The notes under the pieces: model-generated
What the model saw: the letters and a program-made list of their open reading frames with translations, nothing else
Told to the model about the DNA's origin: nothing
Database searches by the model: none
Assembly (NCBI GenBank): GCA_963815195.1
Contig: CAWFGE010000013.1
Location: forward strand, 448,001-512,000
DNA: 64,000 nt
Direction: 5' to 3'
Source of the DNA: an uncultured Planctomycetaceae bacterium
GTDB taxonomy: Bacteria > Planctomycetota > Planctomycetia > Planctomycetales > Planctomycetaceae
Position numbers and translations under genes: made by a program
Shown: positions 54,672 to 64,000 of the stretch, one piece after another
Layout of the letters: each line of letters starts with the position of its first letter
How positions within the stretch are numbered: position 1 is the first letter of the stretch

Positions 54672-57053
54672 ATGAAATGGCATAACGGCTTCTTGCTGGT
54701 TCTCGCCTTGTGTCTGACTCGCGCGGGCCTGGCTCAAGAGCCCGCGAACCGGCCCGCGGGAACACCTTCGCCCGAAGTGGTTCTGCCCTATGTGTCGTCC
54801 GCGGCGGTGACTCGCGGTTTGACGCGAAATGAGCCGGCGGCCGCAAAGTTGGAGAGTGTCACCTTGGGGCGATGGAAAGTTCCCAAAGTCTCCGCACGGG
54901 TCAAAATCCAAAACGATCTCGCCGAGACGCAACTCGATTTTTTCTGCACCAACACGGCCAGCGTCACCGCCCCGGCTCAAATCGCCCTGCCCGTGCCGGC
55001 GACCGCCCAACTGGTCCAAGGCAAATCGTTGGCCGCCGGTTGCGAGGTGGTCTCCGCGAAAAACGCCCTGCCTGTGTGGCAGAGCTACGCCCGGCAGATT
55101 GCCGACCCGGGACCGATCGAGTTCTGCGGATGGCCGCTCCTCCAGACCGGGCCGATGAGCATCCCGGCCGGCAAGTCGGAGCCAATCGAACTCACATACA
55201 AGCAAACGCTGCCGCAAAATCATTCCCGTTTTGATTATGTGCTGCCGCGGAGCGAATCCATCCAATACGCGGTCCCCTGGTCGATCGAGTTGGACGTGCA
55301 AGCGGACCGGCCGATTTCCACGGTGTATTCGCCGTCGCATAAGCTGCGGACCGAGCGAATCTCGCCGAACGTTTTGCATGTGACGGTCGACGAAACCGCC
55401 GCCGCCCAGCCGGGTGCCTTTTGGTTGTCCTATTTGCAGGACGGGGGCGAAGTGTCGGCGACGTTGTTTACGCAACCGGACGAAACGACGCCCGCCGGCG
55501 GCGGCACGTTCTTGTTTCTCGCCGGCCTGCCGGCTGAAATGCCCGCGGACAAGGCCCTGTCCCGGGAGTTCACGCTGGCCCTCGATCGTTCCGCCAGCAT
55601 GCAGGGCAAAAAGATCGAGCAAGTCCGCGATGCCGCGGTGCAGGTTGTGGAAGGTCTGAAGGACGGCGAGTTCTTCAACATCGTCACCTACAACGACAAG
55701 GTCCATTCCTTTGCCGAGAAGCCGGTGCGGAAAACGCCGGAGACATTGGACGCCGCGAAGGACTTTATCAAAGAGGTCAAACCCCGCGGCGGCACGGATT
55801 TGAACGGGGCTTTGCTCGAATCCGTCCGGCAGGAACCCACGGCGAAGACGCTGCCCATCGTGCTGTTTTTGACCGACGGCCTGCCCACGGTGGGTGAAAC
55901 GGACGAAGTCAGAATCCGCGATGCGGTCGCGAAGCAGAATCCCTTCCGCCGGCGGATTTTCACCGTGGGCGTGGGCGTGGACGTGAATACGCCGCTCTTG
56001 GAAACCATCGCCACCCAAACCCGCGCCCAACCCGCGTTTGTCCTGCCCACGGAAAACATCCAGGCCAAGATCGCCGGGGTCTTCAAAAGCCTCGAAAATC
56101 CGGTCCTCGCCGACGCCCGGTTGGATTGCATTACTCCGTCCGGTCAGCCTGCTCCGAGCCGCATCGGCGATGTGTTCCCCAATCCGCTGCCGGATTTGTT
56201 TCAGGACGACCACCTGGTCGTGCTGGGACGGTATCAGGGATCGGGACCGTTGACGTTCCGAATCCAAGGCAATTACCTGGGCGAGGCGAAGACGTTCGAG
56301 TTCACGTTTCCGCTGAAGGACCAGCCGGCTTATCCGTTCGTGGTCCGGTTGTGGGCGACGCGAAAGATCGCCGACCTGGTCCGGCAAATCCGGCATTCGG
56401 GAGCCGAGGCCGACCCCTACACGATCCTCAGCAATCCCAAGCAGGATCCGAAATTGAAAACGCTCGCCGAGGACATTCTCCAACTGACGACGCGGTACGG
56501 GATCGTCACCGAATACACCGCGTTTCTCGCCGAGAGCGGCAACACTTCGCTCAGCCGGAGCGAACAACTCAATCAGGCCTATCGCAACTTCGACGAACGG
56601 GCGGTGAAGACCCGCGTGGGGCTTTCGTCGGTCAATCAATCGATCAACAACAGCCTCTTGGGGCAGCAGCATTATTTGAACGGCGGCAATTACTATTGGG
56701 ACGCCAACATGCGGCGCGTCGCGGCGACCGGCGTGCAGCAGTTGGGCCGCGGGGCCTATTTCCTGCGGGGGGACACCTGGGTGGACGGGCGGCTGGCGGA
56801 TCAGGTCCAGATCACGCCGCAGGAAGTCGTGTCCTTCGGCAGCCCGGCTTATGACAAACTGCTCCACCGTCTCGTGACCAAAGGCGAGCACACGCCGCTC
56901 TCGCTGAACGGAAACGTGCTCATGCAAATCGACAACAAACCGGTCCTCGTCTGCCCGCCCGCTGCGAATCCCGTCGCCGCTGCGGGAGCCGTCGAGGCGC
57001 GCGTGGGGCGTCAGCCCCATGATGCTTCACAATCGGACGTCAAGAATCGATGA
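54672..57053 (+). CDS. Secreted VIT + vWA domain protein
   Basis: Signal peptide; ALDRSASM (MIDAS), PRGGTDL, LFLTDGLPT, RLWATRKI, YGIVTEYTAFL. Confidence 0.85.
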   Translation: MKWHNGFLLVLALCLTRAGLAQEPANRPAGTPSPEVVLPYVSSAAVTRGLTRNEPAAAKLESVTLGRWKVPKVSARVKIQNDLAETQLDFFCTNTASVTAPAQIALPVPATAQLVQGKSLAAGCEVVSAKNALPVWQSYARQIADPGPIEFCGWPLLQTGPMSIPAGKSEPIELTYKQTLPQNHSRFDYVLPRSESIQYAVPWSIELDVQADRPISTVYSPSHKLRTERISPNVLHVTVDETAAAQPGAFWLSYLQDGGEVSATLFTQPDETTPAGGGTFLFLAGLPAEMPADKALSREFTLALDRSASMQGKKIEQVRDAAVQVVEGLKDGEFFNIVTYNDKVHSFAEKPVRKTPETLDAAKDFIKEVKPRGGTDLNGALLESVRQEPTAKTLPIVLFLTDGLPTVGETDEVRIRDAVAKQNPFRRRIFTVGVGVDVNTPLLETIATQTRAQPAFVLPTENIQAKIAGVFKSLENPVLADARLDCITPSGQPAPSRIGDVFPNPLPDLFQDDHLVVLGRYQGSGPLTFRIQGNYLGEAKTFEFTFPLKDQPAYPFVVRLWATRKIADLVRQIRHSGAEADPYTILSNPKQDPKLKTLAEDILQLTTRYGIVTEYTAFLAESGNTSLSRSEQLNQAYRNFDERAVKTRVGLSSVNQSINNSLLGQQHYLNGGNYYWDANMRRVAATGVQQLGRGAYFLRGDTWVDGRLADQVQITPQEVVSFGSPAYDKLLHRLVTKGEHTPLSLNGNVLMQIDNKPVLVCPPAANPVAAAGAVEARVGRQPHDASQSDVKNR

Positions 57054-57143
57054 AAAAAAGGAACTCTCGAGCCCCGGCGACCGTCCCAACGTTTGCGATC
57101 GCAGCGATTTTTCATTCCCACTCCCGAACGATAGGCTCGCTTC

Positions 57144-57842
57144 ATGAACCGCCAGCGGATTTTGACGATCGAAGACGACCCCGCGATCCGGCGAGGCGTG
57201 GTGGACGTGTTGGAGTTTGAAGGCTACGCCATCCTCGAAGCCGACCGCGGCGACACCGGGCTCGCCATGGCCTTGGAACGCACCTACGACCTGTTGCTTT
57301 TGGATTTGGTTTTGCCCGGCGTGGCGGGGCTGGAAATCCTTAAAGAAGTCCGCGACCACCGCCCGACGTGCCCGGTCATCATCTTGTCGGCCCGGGGCGA
57401 AGAAGCCGACCGCGTCGCCGGGCTGAAATTCGGAGCCGACGATTACGTCGTCAAACCCTTTAGCGTCAAAGAACTCGTGGCCCGCGTCGCCGCGGTGCTC
57501 CGGCGGTCGCCCGAACGCGCCGCCCTCTGCCCGGAAGTCCCCGTGCCCGGCGGCATTGCCGACTTGAGCCGCGGGGAAATCCGTTATGATGATGGGAGCC
57601 GCAGCGATCTATCGGAACGGGAGGTGGATATTTTAAGGTATCTCTCCAGCCACGCCGGGCGGACGATCAGCCGGGACGAATTGATGGCCCGCGTGTGGCG
57701 GATCGATCCCCGCGGCCTCAACTCCCGCGCCATCGACATGCAGATCGCCCGCCTCCGCGAGAAACTCCGCGACAACTCGCAGGTCATCCGCACCGTCCGC
57801 GGCAAAGGCTATGTCTTCGTGACCGGCGAACCGGTCTCTTAG
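57144..57842 (+). CDS. OmpR-family response regulator
   Basis: IEDD, LLDLVLP, GADDYVVKPF, winged helix IDMQIARLREKL, TVRGKGY. Confidence 0.95.
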   Translation: MNRQRILTIEDDPAIRRGVVDVLEFEGYAILEADRGDTGLAMALERTYDLLLLDLVLPGVAGLEILKEVRDHRPTCPVIILSARGEEADRVAGLKFGADDYVVKPFSVKELVARVAAVLRRSPERAALCPEVPVPGGIADLSRGEIRYDDGSRSDLSEREVDILRYLSSHAGRTISRDELMARVWRIDPRGLNSRAIDMQIARLREKLRDNSQVIRTVRGKGYVFVTGEPVS

Positions 57843-57865
57843 CCAATCATCGAAACGAACCCATA

Positions 57866-57995
57866 AGCCGCAGGGCGCTAGCCCCGGTTCTTGAACAAAA
57901 GGGGAGACAAGGAGAAGGGGAGATTGGGAGAGTGTTCAACGTACAATCCCAACGACCGCAATCGATGAGCCGCAGGGCGCTAGCCCCGGTTCTTA
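57866..57995. repeat. Two REP-A copies
   Basis: AGCCGCAGGGCGCTAGCCCCGGTTC twice; the same family occurs near 26161, 27225, 31045, 42746/44823, 44893 and 47325. Confidence 0.85.
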
Positions 57996-58116
57996 AACCA
58001 TGATTATGTAATGACGTGACCGAGCATACGATGATGAATAGCGAATTAAACTCAATGGTGCGGCCCCTAACTCCGTATCTCCCGACCTCCCCTTCTCCCG
58101 ATCTCCCAATCTTGAC

Positions 58117-60018
58117 ATGATGCGGCCAAGATTCATCTGGTTGGCGTTTGTGTTCTGCCTCGCCATCGTGACGGCGGCGATGGGCTGGATCAGCCATACC
58201 GTGCTCAGGCTTGAGACCGCGGAAATTCAGGCCGGCCGCCAATCGGAAAACGAACGGCTTGCGCTCTGGCGCATGGATTCCACGATGATGCCGCTGATCA
58301 CCCGCGAAAGCGCCCGCCCGGCGTACGAATACCAGCCGTTTTATCAGCCGGACAACCTCTACACGCGGATGTTCTCTCCGATCGACGCCAGCCGGCTGCA
58401 AAGCCGGTCCTCGCTGATCACGCTGGACACGCCCATGATCCGGCTGCACTTTCAATACGAGGCCGACGGCAGCCTCTCGTCTCCGCAGGTGCCCACAGAG
58501 AGTTGGCGGGATTTTGCCGAGTCCCAACACTTCACAACTTTCGAACGGATCGAAGCCTATTCGCGGGAACTGGGGTCGCTGAAACAGGGCGTCCACTGGG
58601 CCGATCTCAACGCGGCCTTGCCGGACGAGATCGAAACCGAGCCGGACGCGGTCGGGCCCGAGGACCAACTTGCGGAAGTCCAGCCCAACGCCGATCGGAA
58701 TTCTCCGCCGGACGATTTTCCCATGCAGGCGGGGTTGCCGCAGCAACTCGCCCAGCCTCTCCAACAGAAGCGGTTTCTCGAGAACAACCGCAGCATGAAC
58801 GAGTTTGAACGCCGCAAAGGAGCGGCCCAGAAAAACCAGGTCCGCAGCAACTCCTATCAGCAGCCGAACGCCCCGCCGCCATCGGAACCGAATCCGAATG
58901 CCGATCCGATCGGGCCGCAAACCGCGCCGGTCCCCGCTGCCAAAGGGCAGGGGCAATCGCGGCACGGGCCGATGCACGCCGTGTGGCACAACGGGTTGTT
59001 GCTGTTGGTTCGCCGGACGATGGTGGCGGGCAAAGAATCGATCCAGGGATGTCTTTTGAACTGGCCGGAGATTCGCCGCCGGCTGCGGTTGGACATCGCC
59101 GATCTTCTGCCCAAAGCCAAGCTCATTCCCGTCGCCGGCGCTCCGACCGCGAACCGCACCTTGCTCTTGGCGACGCTCCCGGTGCGGCTTTCGCCGGGCG
59201 GCGCACCGGCGGAAGTGATTCCCCCGGTCACGCCGATCCGCTTGTCGCTCCTCATCGCCTGGGGCGGCGTGTTTCTCGCGGCGACCGCGGTTGCGGTGCT
59301 GCTCATGTGCGTCGTGCGGTTGAGCGAACGCCGGGGCGCGTTTGTCTCGGCCGTCACACACGAACTCCGCACGCCTTTAACCACATTTCGGCTCTACACC
59401 GAAATGCTCGCCGACGGGATTGTGCCCACCGAGGAAAAACGCAGAACCTATCTGCAAACGCTCCGCGTGGAGGCCGACCGCTTGGGGCATCTTGTGGAGA
59501 ACGTGCTGTCTTACGCCCGGCTCGAAAACGGGCGGTCCAAGCGGGTCAAGGATGAGATCGATCTGGCGGAGCTCTTGGGCCGATTGGAAAGCCCGCTCCG
59601 CGAACGGGCCGAGCGGAGCGGGATGACGCTCCAGTTGGACCTGCCCGCCGATTCGCCGCTGTCCGTGCGCGGCGACGGGGCCGCGATCGAGCGGATTGTG
59701 TTCAACCTCGTGGACAATGCGTGCAAATATGCGATCGAAGCCCACGACCGCTGCATCCACCTCGCCGGCCGGGCGGAAGGCCATCATGTGCTCGTGGAAG
59801 TCCGCGACCACGGGCAAGGCATCGCGAAGAAGTCGGCCCGGCAGCTGTTTCGGCCGTTCTCCAAATCCGCGACCGAAGCCGCCCACTCCGCTCCCGGCGT
59901 GGGCCTGGGCTTGGCCCTCTGCCGCCGTCTCGCGAAAAGCCTAGGCGGCCAACTGATCATCGACCACAACGTCGAAGAGGGGGCCTCGCTGATCCTCCGC
60001 CTGCCGATTTCGCGGTGA
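58117..60018 (+). CDS. Sensor histidine kinase
   Basis: Two TM helices; VTHELRTPLT, NLVDNACKY, DHGQG, GVGLGL. Confidence 0.93.
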   Translation: MMRPRFIWLAFVFCLAIVTAAMGWISHTVLRLETAEIQAGRQSENERLALWRMDSTMMPLITRESARPAYEYQPFYQPDNLYTRMFSPIDASRLQSRSSLITLDTPMIRLHFQYEADGSLSSPQVPTESWRDFAESQHFTTFERIEAYSRELGSLKQGVHWADLNAALPDEIETEPDAVGPEDQLAEVQPNADRNSPPDDFPMQAGLPQQLAQPLQQKRFLENNRSMNEFERRKGAAQKNQVRSNSYQQPNAPPPSEPNPNADPIGPQTAPVPAAKGQGQSRHGPMHAVWHNGLLLLVRRTMVAGKESIQGCLLNWPEIRRRLRLDIADLLPKAKLIPVAGAPTANRTLLLATLPVRLSPGGAPAEVIPPVTPIRLSLLIAWGGVFLAATAVAVLLMCVVRLSERRGAFVSAVTHELRTPLTTFRLYTEMLADGIVPTEEKRRTYLQTLRVEADRLGHLVENVLSYARLENGRSKRVKDEIDLAELLGRLESPLRERAERSGMTLQLDLPADSPLSVRGDGAAIERIVFNLVDNACKYAIEAHDRCIHLAGRAEGHHVLVEVRDHGQGIAKKSARQLFRPFSKSATEAAHSAPGVGLGLALCRRLAKSLGGQLIIDHNVEEGASLILRLPISR

Positions 60019-60032
60019 CTGGCCCCGAGGCG

Positions 60033-61025
60033 TCAAAAGTCTGAGATTGGTTGACCGTCGTTTCGCGACATCAGTCGTTCCAGGGTGGAGTCCACCGCGT
60101 CGGTTCTCGTGGAAATCGAGCCGGGGCCGATGTCGGCGTCGATCGTTTCCGAGATAAACCTCACCGAGCCGTCGGCAAACAAGAATTGGACGCCGCCCGA
60201 GTGCGAACTGGAGAAACCGCGACGAATCTTGGAGTGGCCGCCGCCCGGAGCGTCGTCGTTGAACCTTGAGTTCAGCGCATACTTCCCACAACCCTGGTTG
60301 TCGGCCAGCCCGTGTTGGGAGGCCTCTCGGATTCCACGCGTCCCGTACACGACCCCGGCGCGGTGGTCCTGCGGGAGGCTGCCCCACCCCTTGCCCGGAA
60401 GAGACCAGCAGCGTTCTCCGACCATGAGCGTATTTGAGGGTCCATCAATGAAATCTCCAAATCTAACGGAGCTATTGACGTAAAACGTGCCGTTCGAGAC
60501 GTGCTGTAACTCACCGCTGCCGTTGACGCCCACATAGTTGGACAAGGCGAGCGCGTACTGAGGTTCGCCGTTCAAACCGGCGAACGGCCGGGAAACGTTG
60601 ATCGCGGGGCCGCCGTCCGAAGGACATTGAAAGACCTGAAGACCAACGCCGGTCGGCGTTCCCGACGCATCCAAATTGGCGGGCATCGAACGATAATCGA
60701 ACTCGCGGTATAAGCGCATATCGAGATAAGGCAAGACCGACGCTCCCCAGCCCCAGTTCCCCTGATATGTGACCGCCTGGGGATCGCCGTCAACCCCGGG
60801 AACGACGTTCACGCAGCCGGGTGGGAAGCAATTGTATGAATCATGATAGTTGTGCAAGGCCAGTCCCATCTGTTTCAAATTGTTCTTGCACGTCGAGCGC
60901 CGGGCGGCCTCGCGGGCCTGCTGCACGGCCGGCAACAGCAGTGCGAGCAAGAGCGCCAGGATGAAGTTGACAATCAAGATTTCATGCAGGACGAACCCGG
61001 CTTTCCGCCAACCTAACCAGAACAT
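60033..61025 (-). CDS. DUF1559 prepilin-like protein
   Basis: GFVLHEIL..LLLPAVQQAREAARR..C.NNLKQMGLALHNYHD; FQCPSD; HSGGVQFLFADG (H-X9-DG). Confidence 0.92.
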   Translation of the reverse strand: MFWLGWRKAGFVLHEILIVNFILALLLALLLPAVQQAREAARRSTCKNNLKQMGLALHNYHDSYNCFPPGCVNVVPGVDGDPQAVTYQGNWGWGASVLPYLDMRLYREFDYRSMPANLDASGTPTGVGLQVFQCPSDGGPAINVSRPFAGLNGEPQYALALSNYVGVNGSGELQHVSNGTFYVNSSVRFGDFIDGPSNTLMVGERCWSLPGKGWGSLPQDHRAGVVYGTRGIREASQHGLADNQGCGKYALNSRFNDDAPGGGHSKIRRGFSSSHSGGVQFLFADGSVRFISETIDADIGPGSISTRTDAVDSTLERLMSRNDGQPISDF

Positions 61026-61075
61026 GGTGTATTCCCCGACTGATGGGACGACCGATCTTGCGCAAATGGAAATCT

Positions 61076-62299
61076 CTACTTGTTCGGACCCCGCTGACTA
61101 TCTTCCTGTTGGAACTCGTCTCGATCGTTTTGCAGTAGTTCCGCCAGTTCCGCGCCGCTTAAGGGCGTGACCTCAGCTTTGCGGGATGAGTCGGATGGCG
61201 ATGAAGACGCAAAAATCAGAGCTTGGCCGACGGAGAATAATAGCGGCGACATCATGGACACAAAGCCGATGCTGGCCTTGATTCGGTCCCACGGAATGCC
61301 GACGTCGCGAATATACAAAAACCAGTTCTGCACCAGCAGCCACATATTCACGAGCGCGAAGGGTCCGGCAATGAGCACGCCGATAAACTTTAATCCGGGT
61401 TGGAGAGTGCCTGCCAAACCGACCGCGATTTGCACGACGACTTGCAGGACCAGCAGCAGCGCCTGCAGTTTGACGATATCCCCAAACATGCGGTCTGAGT
61501 GCCGGCGTCCCTGCGGAATCGGCTGGACGGGACCGCACCAGTCAGGACAGGTTTTATCAGGCGGCAGGAGAGGCTGCTTTTGCACGGAGTCCGCCAACGA
61601 TCGGATTTGCTTACGGAAGCCGCGCACGCCTTTGCGGGACGACTTGCCCGGCCAGATCACGATCTGACCGACACCCGCCGCAACGTCGGCCCCCAGTTCC
61701 TCGGTCAGAATTGCTCGGATGTCGTCAGCCGTCTGAGGAGCGTGGCCGAGGAACACGACGCGGTCGAAGCCGAGCGCATCGGTTACGATGCGAGTTTCCT
61801 CGCGCACGGCGGGAGTCGGCGTCGACAGGTCGATGAACGCCAACTGCCCTTTTCGAAGAGAATGCCACAGTCTGGGTATCCAGTCGTTTCCGGCCACCAG
61901 ATCCATGTGGCGCGGCGTGCAGTATTTCATGGCCATGTAGATCGGACTGTATTTCTCCTTCAAGCCCAGTTTGCGCCGTCTCGGATCGCGAATCCCAGAC
62001 AGCCGCAGCTTGTTGCCGAGCGCGCGTTGGATCTCCACGCGGATCGGCCAGGTGTCGACGTCGTTCTGGAACGATCTCAGATAAAAAGCATCCGTGATAT
62101 GCCTTGGCGCGAAGGCGCGCCACCAGACCAACACTCCGACGGCGACGAACACCAAGAGCCACGACAGCAGCGTGCCGACGAGCGCCACAGTTCCGACCGC
62201 TTCGGTCGGCGAAGACATCGCGACGCCAATGCCGGCTATGGTGAGGAGCACCGCCAGGATCAAGGCGCGAAGCGTCCACTTCTGAAAGATGGACGTCAT
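61076..62299 (-). CDS. Hypothetical membrane protein
   Basis: ~400-aa ORF; two N-terminal and several C-terminal TM helices; soluble part with YLRSFQND; start may be 62338. Confidence 0.65.
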   Translation of the reverse strand: MTSIFQKWTLRALILAVLLTIAGIGVAMSSPTEAVGTVALVGTLLSWLLVFVAVGVLVWWRAFAPRHITDAFYLRSFQNDVDTWPIRVEIQRALGNKLRLSGIRDPRRRKLGLKEKYSPIYMAMKYCTPRHMDLVAGNDWIPRLWHSLRKGQLAFIDLSTPTPAVREETRIVTDALGFDRVVFLGHAPQTADDIRAILTEELGADVAAGVGQIVIWPGKSSRKGVRGFRKQIRSLADSVQKQPLLPPDKTCPDWCGPVQPIPQGRRHSDRMFGDIVKLQALLLVLQVVVQIAVGLAGTLQPGLKFIGVLIAGPFALVNMWLLVQNWFLYIRDVGIPWDRIKASIGFVSMMSPLLFSVGQALIFASSSPSDSSRKAEVTPLSGAELAELLQNDRDEFQQEDSQRGPNK

Positions 62300-62760
62300 T
62301 TCGCGAATCGGATCTTCCAATTCGAGGCAATCAGCCATAGTGCGGGGATATCCTCAAGTGGAACGCCGGGCCACAACGCATGGCACAATGGTCTGCACCG
62401 CCCGACGGGTCGTCTGGCCGACGCGCGCCGCGATGGAGTGAAAAACGTCGGCTGTGCATTATGTGGCGGTTCGATGGCTCGTTCAAGTCCGAAGGTGTTT
62501 GCGGCATGGATGCAGAAACTCAGCGGCGACACATTGTCGCGAGCCCGGATTGCTCTCCGAAATCCCCGTCCGATTCCATGCGGTGAGGCCCCGGCAAATC
62601 AGTATTGCACACATTTTATGCCACCCCCAAACTGCGTTTGCCCCAATTCCCGCGGGCTGGGGGGGACCGACGTTGCCGACCTCTCATCCAATGCTTTAAG
62701 ATGCGGGAACAGGTAGAATCGTCTGTTCCCAGGCTCCATCCGGCGAGGGAGACTCCACCC

Positions 62761-63600
62761 GTGAGCACACCTGACACCCAACCGACAACCCAGTCTTCGC
62801 CCCCGCCGCCCCGATTTCGCGGACGGTTGGCTTGGAGCCTGGGCGGGTTGGTTTTGATCGGCGGCGTGTGCATCGCCTGGGCGATGGCCGTGGATCAACC
62901 GGCCGCCGTCCAAGGTTACGAAGTCGTCCAAATCTATCCGCACGATGCGGGGGCCTTCTCGCAGGGCCTCGTGATCGAGAACGGCGATCTTTACGAAGGC
63001 ACCGGGCTATATGGCGAATCCACCCTCCGCCAGGTCGATCTCAAGACCGGCAAAGTTCTCAAAGACTACAAGCTGAACCCGCAAGTTTTCGGCGAAGGCA
63101 TTGCGTTCGTCGATGACACGATCGTCCAACTCACCTGGCGGCGACAGATCGCGATCGTTTACGACCGCAAAACCCTCAAACCCCAGCGAAGCTTCCCCTA
63201 TCGCGGCGAAGGCTGGGGGCTCACCTACGACGGCACCCACCTCATCATGAGCGACGGGACTTCGCGGCTGCGGTTTCTCAACCCGAAAACCTTCCGCGTC
63301 GTCAAGCGGCTCCGCGTGAGCGACGGCGATCGCGAAATCAACCGGCTGAACGAGCTCGAATACGTGGGCGGCGAAATCTTCGCCAACGTCTGGCACTCCG
63401 ACCGCGTCGCCCGCATCTCCCCCAAAACCGGCGAGGTGCTGGGCTGGATCGATTTGAGCGGCCTGCTCAAACCGGGTGAAGTCGACAACGAAGAAGCCGT
63501 CCTCAACGGCATCGCCTATGACGCCAAGACGAAAAAACTCTACGTCACCGGCAAGAACTGGCCGAAACTCTTCGAAATCCGCCTGACCAAAAACCGCTGA
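62761..63600 (+). CDS. Glutaminyl-peptide cyclotransferase
   Basis: [59 protein letters not shown]. Confidence 0.93.
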   Translation: MSTPDTQPTTQSSPPPPRFRGRLAWSLGGLVLIGGVCIAWAMAVDQPAAVQGYEVVQIYPHDAGAFSQGLVIENGDLYEGTGLYGESTLRQVDLKTGKVLKDYKLNPQVFGEGIAFVDDTIVQLTWRRQIAIVYDRKTLKPQRSFPYRGEGWGLTYDGTHLIMSDGTSRLRFLNPKTFRVVKRLRVSDGDREINRLNELEYVGGEIFANVWHSDRVARISPKTGEVLGWIDLSGLLKPGEVDNEEAVLNGIAYDAKTKKLYVTGKNWPKLFEIRLTKNR

Positions 63601-63695
63601 CACACGAAAATCCGAATCTCGAAATTCGAAACAAATGTTACATTCAAATGACTAAAACTTTTGCGACACGAGGAATCGCTTCTCGTGCGGGATTA

Positions 63696-63901
63696 TTACG
63701 CCGAAAGGCGTTACATCCCAAAGCCCAGGGTCAGCGGCGCAGCCGCGCCACCCTGGGTTTCGAATCAAACAAATTTCCTTTACGCCGAAGGCGTTATACC
63801 AAGATGTTGTATAACGCCTTCGGCGTAAAGAAATCGGGACGATCGTTACCCAGAGTGCGCTTCGCGACTCTGGGCTTTGGGATGTAACGCCGTCGGCGTA
63901 A
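63696..63901. repeat. Large REP-like element, homologue of 49285-49489
   Basis: Same arrangement of TACGCCGAAGG motifs and CCCAGGG/CTGGG arms. Confidence 0.85.
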
Positions 63902-64000
63902 AGGATTGGAAGCCCAATCTCTTTGAAAGTTTGCGCGGAAAACAATCCCGGTAAATAATACTCTTTTTCGTTTGTCGCATAGAGGACCGCGAAATCCGTC

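Noticed and set aside
57899..58112. Purine-rich and pyrimidine-rich short repeats (similar short repeats near 37112, 45003, 63610)
   Set aside because: Degenerate low-complexity repeats; nothing supports a specific function

Overview
GC-rich bacterial chromosome segment, most likely a Planctomycete (DUF1549/DUF1553, DUF1559, sulfatase, BlaI + M56-WD40 genes). It holds about 40 mostly housekeeping or accessory genes (proB, mnmG, ppk1, queF, tpx, phoD, pilT-like, eboE, two-component pair). Many genes are split by single-base frameshifts that look like long-read assembly errors. Intergenic spaces carry several REP-like palindrome families. Main points: (1) an intact IS110 (43043-44701) with a duplicated CT core, a circle-junction promoter and a readable bridge RNA whose guides match its own REP target and donor junction; (2) that IS110 sits in a REP carried by a ~400-bp TIR/TSD-bounded MITE, which is itself inserted in another REP; (3) an 8-gene uncharacterised operon with a GlmL-like ASKHA ATPase, DUF6754 and membrane proteins, with no glutamate mutase in this window; (4) a 6S-RNA-like rod with a terminator; (5) a BlaI promoter with non-canonical twin operators. 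All family assignments come from motif recognition by eye; no database searches were run.
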